Source of the DNA: an uncultured Planctomycetales bacterium
GTDB taxonomy: Bacteria > Omnitrophota > Gorgyraeia > Gygaellales > Profunditerraquicolaceae
Reading direction: 5' to 3'
DNA: 51,574 bases
Assembly: GCA_964362795.1 (NCBI GenBank)
Contig: CAYIFW010000002.1
Span: 1 to 51,574, forward strand
The notes under the pieces are model-generated. The model was not told the DNA's origin. It saw nothing but the letters and a program-made list of their open reading frames with translations, and made no database searches. Of the stretch, positions 18,126-26,086 are shown in pieces. Position numbers and translations under genes: made by a program. Position 1 is the first letter of the stretch, and every line of letters starts with the position of its first letter.

Positions 18126-19202
18126 ATGTTATCCGGACACGGTGGTAATATTAGAGAGGTTTCTAAAGCGCGCGGTATTCCTGAGGTTAAGCTTATTGAT
18201 TTCAGTAGTAATGTTAATCCGCTTGGATTTAGCCCAAAAATAAGGCATTTAGGCGCCGAGTTTGCTGGAATAATCCGCCGCTATCCTGATCCTGAATGCG
18301 TAGCCTTGCGTTCGGGGTTATCCGGCTATCTAGGTGTTAGTACTGATAATATTTTGGCAGGCAACGGCTCAAACGAATTGATTCATTTAGTTCCTCGAGC
18401 GCTGAACTGTTCTTCGGCGTTAATCTATAAGCCGGCATTTTGCGAATACGAATTAAGCGTTAAAATTGCTAAAGGCAAGCCATATTTTTTATTCGCGCGT
18501 GAAGAAAATGGATTCACTTTTGATATCGAAGAGGCCTTTACGTATGTAAAAAAAGTGGAGATGATTATTTTGTGCAATCCAAATAATCCTACCGGCAATC
18601 TGCTAAAGAAAGACGCGCTTCTGGAATTAGCCGCTTATTGCGCTAAAAATAAAACCTACCTGTTTATCGACGAAGTATTTATGGAATTTACCGATGATGA
18701 GAATAGTTATTCACTAAAAAATATGGTTACAAAGAATAAATACCTTTTGATTTTAAGAAGCCTGACAAAGTTTTTTAGCCTTGCGGGTTTAAGGATCGGT
18801 TATTTGCTGGCGGATAAAAATTTAATCAAAAAAATCAGCTTGCTTCAGCCGACTTGGTCAATAAACGGCTTAGCGCAGGAGATAGCGTTAAGGAGCCTGT
18901 CTGACGCAAAATTCATCAAAAAAAGTAAGGAATATATTATACGAGAAAGGGATTTTTTGTTTAGCCGCCTTAAGCGGATTAGGGGGATTTATCCGTATTA
19001 TCCCAACGCCAATTTCATATTTTGTAAAATTCTGGATAAGCGTTTGAATTCCGGTTTACTGTATTTGCGTCTGTTAAGATCCGGTATCCTGATTAGGGAT
19101 TGCAGTAATTTTGACGGGTTGGATAACCGTTTTTTCAGGATAGCCGTAAGGAAGCATCAGGATAACCTTCATCTTTTGAATAAATTACAAAATATCATTT
19201 AA
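18126..19202 (+). CDS. cobD: Threonine-phosphate decarboxylase (class II aminotransferase fold)
   Basis: Start moved to ATG 18126 (MLSGHGGNI...), 3 nt after the cobS stop. NPNNPTG and the SLTKFFSLAGLRIGY PLP-lysine context are present. Confidence 0.88.
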   Translation: MLSGHGGNIREVSKARGIPEVKLIDFSSNVNPLGFSPKIRHLGAEFAGIIRRYPDPECVALRSGLSGYLGVSTDNILAGNGSNELIHLVPRALNCSSALIYKPAFCEYELSVKIAKGKPYFLFAREENGFTFDIEEAFTYVKKVEMIILCNPNNPTGNLLKKDALLELAAYCAKNKTYLFIDEVFMEFTDDENSYSLKNMVTKNKYLLILRSLTKFFSLAGLRIGYLLADKNLIKKISLLQPTWSINGLAQEIALRSLSDAKFIKKSKEYIIRERDFLFSRLKRIRGIYPYYPNANFIFCKILDKRLNSGLLYLRLLRSGILIRDCSNFDGLDNRFFRIAVRKHQDNLHLLNKLQNII

Positions 19203-20725
19203 TGAAAACACGCGTATTACAAATTTGCGGGACAGGTTCAGGGGTGGGAAAAAGCGTAATCGTAACCGCTTTGTGCCGGATATTTTTACAAGACGGATAT
19301 AAAGTTTGCCCTTTTAAGGCGCAGAATATGTCGTTGAATTCTTTCGTTACATCCGGAGGCGCGGAGATGGGCAGGGCGCAGGTAACTCAAGCTTTGTCCT
19401 GCCGGATACTGCCGCATGCCGATATGAATCCTGTTTTACTTAAACCGATGACTGATATTGGATCACAGGTAATTGTTCAAGGTAGACCCGTAGGAAATAA
19501 AACTGCAAGGCAGTATCAACAGAAAAATTATAAACAGCAGCTATTCCTGAAGGTAAAAGAATCATTCGGACGCCTGAAAAAGGAATATAACATGCTTGTT
19601 ATTGAGGGTGCGGGAAGCCCTGCCGAAATTAATTTAAAAAGACATGATATCGTAAACCTGAAGATGGCCGCTTACGCCAAGGCGCCGGTTATTCTGCTTG
19701 GAGATATTGATAAAGGAGGGGTATTCGCCTCTTTGGTTGGCACGCTTCAACTGCTTGATAAAGGAGAGCGGCGCCTGATCAAAGGTTTTATCATTAATAA
19801 GTTTCGCGGAGACAAGTCCCTGTTAAAATCCGGTATCCGTTTTCTGGAAAGAAAAACAAAAAAACCCGTTTTGGGTGTAATTCCGTATTTTAAGGATATC
19901 ACGATGCCGGAAGAAGATTCGGTTGCCCTTGATGGGTTAGCCAAGAAGGCGCAATATTATCAACGGGTTAAAGGCGCCATAAAAATAACTATAATTCAGC
20001 TGCCGCATATATCCAATTTTACGGATTTTGATGCTTTTAAAAGAGAGCCGGATATTTCTTTGGATTATATTGATGACGCCAGCCGATTTGATAATCCTGA
20101 CTTGATAATTATCCCGGGAACAAAGAATACAATCGAGGATTTAATTTGGCTTAAAGATTCCGGATTAGCCGATAAAATAATATCAGCGCTTAAGCGTAAA
20201 GAGCCGGCTTTTGTAGCCGGCATTTGCGGCGGTTACCAGATCTTGGGGAAAAAGATTTACGATACTTACGCGGTCGAATCAAAAAAGAAACAGATTAATG
20301 GTTTGGGGATACTTCCAACCGTAACTTTTCTGGAAAAAGATAAGGTACTTACTCAGGTGCGGGCCAGGGAAGTTAGTTCAGGGTTAGAAGTTTTTGGTTA
20401 TGAGATTCATCACGGGCGCAGCCGTAATCTTGGCGGCTACCAACCGGCTTTTCAAATTACTGAACGTGCCGGAAAGCGGGTTAAAGATTTTGACGGGGTT
20501 CTGGCGGACAGAAAAAATATCCTGGGGACCTATATTCACGGGTTATTTGACGCGGATAATTTCAGGAGAGATTTTCTTAACCGTATCAGGGTTAAAAAGG
20601 GGTGGCTTGCGTTAAATAATGCGGTATCTACTAATCTTAATACGGAATTTGAGAGGCTTGCGGATCTGGTTCGAAAAAATATCGATATGAAATTATTATA
20701 TAAAATTTTAAAGGCAGGAATTTAA
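19202..20725 (+). CDS. cobQ: Cobyric acid synthase
   Basis: 507 aa with GTGSGVGKS, EGAGSPAEINL, and a C-terminal GATase domain carrying GICGGYQILG and HG. Confidence 0.95.
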   Translation: MKTRVLQICGTGSGVGKSVIVTALCRIFLQDGYKVCPFKAQNMSLNSFVTSGGAEMGRAQVTQALSCRILPHADMNPVLLKPMTDIGSQVIVQGRPVGNKTARQYQQKNYKQQLFLKVKESFGRLKKEYNMLVIEGAGSPAEINLKRHDIVNLKMAAYAKAPVILLGDIDKGGVFASLVGTLQLLDKGERRLIKGFIINKFRGDKSLLKSGIRFLERKTKKPVLGVIPYFKDITMPEEDSVALDGLAKKAQYYQRVKGAIKITIIQLPHISNFTDFDAFKREPDISLDYIDDASRFDNPDLIIIPGTKNTIEDLIWLKDSGLADKIISALKRKEPAFVAGICGGYQILGKKIYDTYAVESKKKQINGLGILPTVTFLEKDKVLTQVRAREVSSGLEVFGYEIHHGRSRNLGGYQPAFQITERAGKRVKDFDGVLADRKNILGTYIHGLFDADNFRRDFLNRIRVKKGWLALNNAVSTNLNTEFERLADLVRKNIDMKLLYKILKAGI

Positions 20726-20728
20726 ACT

Positions 20729-21682
20729 ATGGAATATCGGGTATTGGCTGTTTTGCTTGCTTATCTGCTGGATTTAGTTTTTGGCGACCCCCAATGGAGT
20801 TGGCATCCTGTGCGTATTATCGGCAGGTTAATTGCAAAATCGGAAATCCCCCTTTATAAGAGCAGATTCAATAAAAGGTTATCCGGTTTTTTGCTAGTGA
20901 TTTTAGTTATCGGTATCACGGTTATTGGTGTTTTTCTTATTCTTAAAATAAGCAGGCTAATTCATGCGTATCTTTATTCCATCACCTATGTATTATTGAT
21001 ATATTTCGCGTTGGCAGCCAAGTCTTTAGCTGCGGAGGCAGGTAAGGTTTATAAGGCGTTAAGAAAAAACGATATTATACAGGCAAGGAAGAGTTTGTCG
21101 ATGATAGTTGCTCGCGATACCGAAGCCTTAGAAGAGCCGCAGGTTATCCGGGCAACCGTTGAAACCGTTGCAGAAAGCACAATGGACGGGATAATCTCGC
21201 CGTTGTTCTACGTATTTTTAGGCGGGCCGGTTTTGCTTTGGGCCTACAAGGCAATTAACACTTTAGATTCAATGGTTGGCTACCGTGATGATAAATATAT
21301 GTTTTTTGGCAGGGCCGCGGCAAAAATAGACGCGATAGCAAATTTTATCCCTGCTAAGATTACCTGTTTTTTTCTTTTGATTGCAGGCTATTGCTGCGGC
21401 AAATACCGCAGAAACTCTTGGTTATGGCTTAGGAGGTATTTTTTTAAAGGCAAGGAATATAACAGCGAAGCAACCGAGGCAGTTATGGCGTCGGCATTAG
21501 GTATCCGTTTAGGCGGCATAAATTTTTATAATTCTATCCAAGCGCGTAAAAACTTTATCGGTGATGATACCTATCCCCTAAAGATAACGCATATCAAGGA
21601 GAGTATTAGAATCGCCTATGTGGCATCGGGATTATGCCTGGCGATGAGCATATTGTTTGTTTTCTTAACCGGAGGGAGGTGA
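20729..21682 (+). CDS. cbiB: Adenosylcobinamide-phosphate synthase
   Basis: 317 aa membrane protein with LDLVFGDPQW..HPVRIIG and TLDSMVGYRDDKY motifs. Confidence 0.93.
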   Translation: MEYRVLAVLLAYLLDLVFGDPQWSWHPVRIIGRLIAKSEIPLYKSRFNKRLSGFLLVILVIGITVIGVFLILKISRLIHAYLYSITYVLLIYFALAAKSLAAEAGKVYKALRKNDIIQARKSLSMIVARDTEALEEPQVIRATVETVAESTMDGIISPLFYVFLGGPVLLWAYKAINTLDSMVGYRDDKYMFFGRAAAKIDAIANFIPAKITCFFLLIAGYCCGKYRRNSWLWLRRYFFKGKEYNSEATEAVMASALGIRLGGINFYNSIQARKNFIGDDTYPLKITHIKESIRIAYVASGLCLAMSILFVFLTGGR

Positions 21683-21685
21683 AAA

Positions 21686-21838
21686 ATGCAAAAGAAGAGC
21701 CTTAAACGCAGTACTAAAAAAGCGGGTGCGGCAAAATCCGATAGCCTAGCTTACCGGCTTAAATGCGCCAAGACTGCTAATGGATTATCGCATTTTGTGA
21801 TGTATGGGGATGCCCCGAAAGGAAAAACGCTGGTATAA
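21686..21838 (+). CDS. Unannotated 50-aa basic peptide ORF (MQKKSLKRSTKKAGAAKSDSLAYRLKCAKTANGLSHFVMYGDAPKGKTLV)
   Basis: Absent from the ORF track, presumably because it is shorter than about 60 aa. ATG lies 6 nt after a GGAGGGAGG SD and 4 nt after the cbiB stop. It sits directly upstream of a radical SAM/SPASM gene. No family recognised. Confidence 0.45.
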   Translation: MQKKSLKRSTKKAGAAKSDSLAYRLKCAKTANGLSHFVMYGDAPKGKTLV

Positions 21839-21843
21839 TGCAT

Positions 21844-21903
21844 AAATAGGGACAGCGACTATTTTTCTGCGACTCTTTAAATAAATAGTCGCTGTCCCTA
21901 TTT
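21844..21903. repeat. Perfect 21-bp inverted repeat (hairpin) with 18-nt loop
   Basis: AAATAGGGACAGCGACTATTT (21844-21864) is the exact reverse complement of AAATAGTCGCTGTCCCTATTT (21883-21903). It lies between the peptide ORF and the radical SAM gene. Confidence 0.92.
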
Positions 21904-21920
21904 AAAAAGGAGAAACTAAA

Positions 21921-23276
21921 TTGGATAATGAATTGAGTATTTGGAAGGATGGCCGTAATAACTCTATACTTTTAGACGCGGATAACGCATTTTGGGCGCT
22001 AAACGGTAATAACGCAGACGGCTCCATCAAAATTGCCGGTAATGTTTTATCTCTCTATGAAAATATCAGGAATAATCTGGATACCCAGATGCAGGATTTC
22101 AGGTTTAGCGCTAACCTGACCGCTCTTTACATTGACCCTACGGATAAGTGTAACGCAAATTGCCCGTATTGTTATATACCCAGCCGCATCCGTAAAAATG
22201 GCAGGTCAATGACCAGGAAAGAACTATTTTTTATATTAGATCAGGCAGCCGTATATTTTCGTAAACTTAAAAGGAAAGCGGTGATTATCTTTCATGCCGC
22301 GGAGCCCCTCTTGGTCAAGGACATAATATTTGAGGCGATAAAAAAATACAACAGGGAATTTAAATTCGGTTTACAGACAAACGCCTCGTTATTAAAAAAA
22401 GAAGATGTTGAATTTTTGAAGAAATTTAATGTCGGCGTGGGTATTTCTTTGGATTATCATTCCCAGCAGATAAATAACCGGTTGCGTCCGTTGGATAATA
22501 AAGGCGGGAATTTTAAAGCGGCAATTCAGGCGATTGATTGGTTTAACGGCTACGAGGGCTTGAATGTCATTACTACTATTACCAAGCTTAATGTTGCAGG
22601 CCTGCCTAAGATTGTAGAGTTCTTGCATAAGAGAAAAGTGGCTTGTGTATTGCTTAATCCGGTCAGGCTTACGCAGAAATATAGCCGTGTCTTAAAGCCG
22701 GATGAAACATTGATGGCAAAATATTTCATCAAAGCTGTGGATAAAGCGATAGAATTATCAAAAAAATCAGTCAATAGGATAATTATCGGAAATTTTACCA
22801 ATACTATTTTAGCTATCGTTGCTCCCGTTGCCCGCAGGTTAATGTGCGATATCTCCCCTTGCGGAGGCGCCAGGTGTTTTTTAACGATTACCGCTAAAGG
22901 CGAGATGATTCCTTGCGGTGAGTTCATCGGATTAAAGGGGTTTTCCGGAGGCAATGTTTTTGCCAAAACCAGTATCCAGCAGGCCATGCGGTCAAAACCA
23001 TTTAAAATAATCCGGGAAAGGTTTGTAGAAAAGATAGACGAATGCAAAGTTTGCGTTTTGCGTAATATTTGCGGAGCGCCGTGTCCGGCAGAGCTGCATT
23101 CCTTAGGCAATATGTATCAAAAGGCAGTGTTCTGTGAATTCTATAAAAAAGTTATAAACTATGCTTTTAAATTAATTGCCCAAGGAGAAGAAAAATATTG
23201 TTTTAGGAAGGGCGGATTGAATAATCTTAAATATGAATACAAATTATCCTCGGATACTTTTAGCAGGCACAAATAG
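21921..23276 (+). CDS. Radical SAM / SPASM-domain protein with ~55-aa N-terminal extension
   Basis: CNANCPYC (CX3CX2C) is present. The C-terminus has a full SPASM Cys set (MCDISPCGGARCFLTITAKGEMIPCGEF ... CKVCVLRNICGAPCPAE). The TTG start at 21921 has SD GGAG 8 nt upstream. The first ATG is at 22089. N-terminal ILLDADNAFWALNGN is faintly PqqD/RRE-like. Confidence 0.88.
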   Translation: MDNELSIWKDGRNNSILLDADNAFWALNGNNADGSIKIAGNVLSLYENIRNNLDTQMQDFRFSANLTALYIDPTDKCNANCPYCYIPSRIRKNGRSMTRKELFFILDQAAVYFRKLKRKAVIIFHAAEPLLVKDIIFEAIKKYNREFKFGLQTNASLLKKEDVEFLKKFNVGVGISLDYHSQQINNRLRPLDNKGGNFKAAIQAIDWFNGYEGLNVITTITKLNVAGLPKIVEFLHKRKVACVLLNPVRLTQKYSRVLKPDETLMAKYFIKAVDKAIELSKKSVNRIIIGNFTNTILAIVAPVARRLMCDISPCGGARCFLTITAKGEMIPCGEFIGLKGFSGGNVFAKTSIQQAMRSKPFKIIRERFVEKIDECKVCVLRNICGAPCPAELHSLGNMYQKAVFCEFYKKVINYAFKLIAQGEEKYCFRKGGLNNLKYEYKLSSDTFSRHK

Positions 23277-24621
23277 CCGGGTAGGCAAGACTACTCTTAC
23301 AATGGGGCTTATCTCGGCGCTTAAAAAACGCGGATTAACGGTTCAGCCGTTTAAGGCAGGCCCTGATTATATTGACTCATCGTATCATGGTTATGTATCA
23401 GGCCGAAGCTGCAGAAACCTTGATACTTGGATGCTTTCTAGGGATACCGTGCTCGAATTATTCCAGCGCCAGGCAGAGCAAAGTGATATTTCAGTTGTAG
23501 AGGGAGTAATGGGCTTATATGACGGAGTAGCCGCTAAAGAAGAAGGCTCAAGCGCTCATCTGGCAAAGATACTTAAATCACCTGTAATTTTAGTAGTGGA
23601 CGCGCGTTCTTTGTCAAGGAGCGCGGCGGCAGTTGTTTTAGGTTATAAAGAATTTGACAGAGATGTTGACTTAAAAGGAGTTATCCTTAATAATATAGGA
23701 AGCTCCGCGCATTTTCGCAGCGTAAAATATTCTATTGAAAAGACTACGGGTTTAGCCGTGCTGGGATTCTTGCCTAAAGATGAAAACCTGAATCTGCGCG
23801 AGCGGCACTTGGGGTTAATACCGGCGCAGGAAAAAAGGCCCCTGAATGCCTTGCTCAAGACAATAACCCAACTGGTTGAAGACAATATCGATGTCGGTAG
23901 GATTATAGCAATGTCTAGAGGTTCTGCGCAGCTGCCGGATTTTAAACCCAGATTATTTTCTAGGAAAGCCTTACAGCTAAAAGCCAACATTGCTATAGCC
24001 AAGGATGCCGCGTTTAATTTTTATTATCAGGATAATTTGGATCTTCTCTCTTATTACGGCGCTAAATTAAGCGAATTTAGCCCGCTAAAAGATAAGGCGT
24101 TACCGGCAGGCGTAAATGGCATTTATATCGGAGGAGGTTTTCCGGAATTATTCGCTCGTCGATTAGCCAAGAATATTGCTTTAAAAAATGATATTTTAAG
24201 GCGCTCCAGAGAGGGCATGCCGGTTTATGCCGAATGCGGCGGCCTGATGTATTTGATGAAAAATATCGTTAATTGCCGGAATAAAAATTTTGCTATGACA
24301 GGAGTATTTGATTCTTCGGTTAAGCTGGGAAGCAAGTTATCGGCATTAGGTTACGTTAATATAAAAGTTATTAAGAATAATATTTTAAGCGAAAAAAATA
24401 CCAGGGCCAGGGCGCATGTATTTCATTGGTCATACTTAGAGAAGCTGCCCGGAAAAACTAATTTTGCCTACTGCCTCAGGAAGAATGGAAGAATTATCGA
24501 TGATGGTTTTTTAAAATGGAATGTTTTGGCAAGCTATGCCCATCTGCATTTCGCAGCTTACCCAAAATTTGCCAAAAATTTTATACACAACTGCCAAACA
24601 TATGCGCAAAAAAATCAATGA
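23233..24621 (+). CDS. cbiA: Cobyrinic acid a,c-diamide synthase
   Basis: 462 aa with AGTNSRVGKTT, EGVMGLYDG, and a GATase domain carrying YAECGGLMYL. Overlaps the radical SAM 3' end by 44 nt. Confidence 0.93.
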   Translation: MNTNYPRILLAGTNSRVGKTTLTMGLISALKKRGLTVQPFKAGPDYIDSSYHGYVSGRSCRNLDTWMLSRDTVLELFQRQAEQSDISVVEGVMGLYDGVAAKEEGSSAHLAKILKSPVILVVDARSLSRSAAAVVLGYKEFDRDVDLKGVILNNIGSSAHFRSVKYSIEKTTGLAVLGFLPKDENLNLRERHLGLIPAQEKRPLNALLKTITQLVEDNIDVGRIIAMSRGSAQLPDFKPRLFSRKALQLKANIAIAKDAAFNFYYQDNLDLLSYYGAKLSEFSPLKDKALPAGVNGIYIGGGFPELFARRLAKNIALKNDILRRSREGMPVYAECGGLMYLMKNIVNCRNKNFAMTGVFDSSVKLGSKLSALGYVNIKVIKNNILSEKNTRARAHVFHWSYLEKLPGKTNFAYCLRKNGRIIDDGFLKWNVLASYAHLHFAAYPKFAKNFIHNCQTYAQKNQ

Positions 24622-25255
24622 AATTCGGATATTAAGGATAAATAAAAGTTGCGCCTATTTTTCCTGTCACAAGGGTTTAGAGGATTGCACCTTTTGTTAT
24701 TGTCCGTTTTATCCCTGTAAAGACCAGGCTCGGGGTGAATTTATATTTACCAAGAATAAAAAAAAGATTTGGTCATGCCTGGATTGTTCTTGGATACATA
24801 AGAAAAAAAATGTGGATAATATTTTCAAGCTCGTCCGTCTGAGCAATATAAATCCGCGTAAATCCAACCAGAAATTAAAAACTAAAAATACGGGGATAAT
24901 TATCTTAGGCCATGGCTCGAAATTAAAGAAGGCAAACAATTCTTTGTGTGAAGTTGTAAAAGAAATAAAAAAACACGGCCTTGAAGTTGTCGAGCCGGCA
25001 TACCTGCAATTGCATAAGCCGGTTTTGCATAAAAGCGTAAGCAGGCTCATCGCCAAAGGCTGCCGAAATATAATCATTGTTCCGTTTTTCCTTTTTATGG
25101 GCAATCATGTAAAAAGGGACGTGCCTAAGATAATTATGAAGGAAAAGAAATTTTATCCCGGAGTTAATTTTATCTATACCAGGAATATCGGCTCGGATAA
25201 TAGGATAACTGACATAGTTTTGGATTGCCTAAGAGAGGTTTTGCAATGCGCGTAG
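24602..25255 (+). CDS. cbiX: Small CbiX-type sirohydrochlorin cobaltochelatase fused to an N-terminal cysteine-rich small domain
   Basis: Start taken at ATG 24602. The N-terminus CAYFSCH..CTFCYCPFYPC...WSCLDCSWIH matches the Cys-rich small domain (Pfam zf-like, from memory). The C-terminal ~120 aa (GIIILGHGS...IIIVPFFLFMGNHV) is CbiX-S-like. Confidence 0.78.
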   Translation: MRKKINEIRILRINKSCAYFSCHKGLEDCTFCYCPFYPCKDQARGEFIFTKNKKKIWSCLDCSWIHKKKNVDNIFKLVRLSNINPRKSNQKLKTKNTGIIILGHGSKLKKANNSLCEVVKEIKKHGLEVVEPAYLQLHKPVLHKSVSRLIAKGCRNIIIVPFFLFMGNHVKRDVPKIIMKEKKFYPGVNFIYTRNIGSDNRITDIVLDCLREVLQCA

Positions 25256-25896
25256 AGAGAAATCCGAGGCTGATTGAAAATAAAAGTTTTGCCATAATCG
25301 AGCGGCTGCTGCCGGATTTAAAATTGCCGCGTTCGGAAAAAGAAATATTAAAACGGGTTATTCATGCTACAACCGAGTTGGATTACGCCAAAGATTTAGT
25401 TTTTGGCCCCCGGGCAGTAAAAGCAGGAATAGCTGCGATCAAAAACGGCAGGGATATAATCTGTGACGTGAGCATGGTTGAGGCAGGTATCAATAAGAAA
25501 TCCCTATCTCAATTCGGCGCGAAGGTTATTTGTTCTATCAATGATAAGGACGTAGTAAGAGAGGCGGGCCAATTAGGAATAGCCAAGGCGATTGTCGCGA
25601 TGCGTAAGAGCAGCCGCTTAATGAACGGCGCGATAATTGTGGTCGGTAATGCTCCGACCGCTCTTTTTGAAATTTGCGATTTAGTCAAAAAAGGCCGGGT
25701 AAAGCCGGCTTTAATAATTGGTGTGCCGGTTGGTTTTGTGGGCGCCGTAGAATCCAAAAAATATTTAACTTCCATAAATATCCCGCATATAACCAATCGT
25801 TCTAAGCGCGGCGGAAGCAGCGTGGCGGCGGCAATTACGAATGCCATGTTGAAATTGGCAGAAAGGAGGGTAGCTGATAAAAAGCAGTCGTATTAA
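25246..25896 (+). CDS. cbiC: Cobalt-precorrin-8 methylmutase
   Basis: Start taken at ATG 25246. Motifs VIHATTELDY, IVVGNAPTAL and GVPVGFVGA are present. Confidence 0.92.
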   Translation: MRVERNPRLIENKSFAIIERLLPDLKLPRSEKEILKRVIHATTELDYAKDLVFGPRAVKAGIAAIKNGRDIICDVSMVEAGINKKSLSQFGAKVICSINDKDVVREAGQLGIAKAIVAMRKSSRLMNGAIIVVGNAPTALFEICDLVKKGRVKPALIIGVPVGFVGAVESKKYLTSINIPHITNRSKRGGSSVAAAITNAMLKLAERRVADKKQSY

Positions 25897-25916
25897 AAAT
25901 AACTGACAAAAATAAT

Positions 25917-26064
25917 GGAATGAATAAGCGGAAAATGAGGTGAAAATCCTCTACTATCCGGTAACTGTGATGGAAACGAAAGCTAATTTATCCACTGTCT
26001 TTTATATAAATAAGGCGGGAAGGATGGCGAGTAGGCAGTCCTAAGTCAGGAGACCTTTCATTCC
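25917..26064 (+). promoter_or_regulatory. Cobalamin riboswitch aptamer 2
   Basis: P1 pairs GGAATGAA with TTCATTCC. Conserved blocks present: GGAAAATGAGGTGAAAATCCT, CCGGTAACTGT, TCCACTGT...GGGAAGG and the B12 box AAGTCAGGAGACCTT. No terminator follows. SD AAGGAGG is at 26075-26081. Confidence 0.85.
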
Positions 26065-26086
26065 GAAAATCCCCAAGGAGGAAAAA

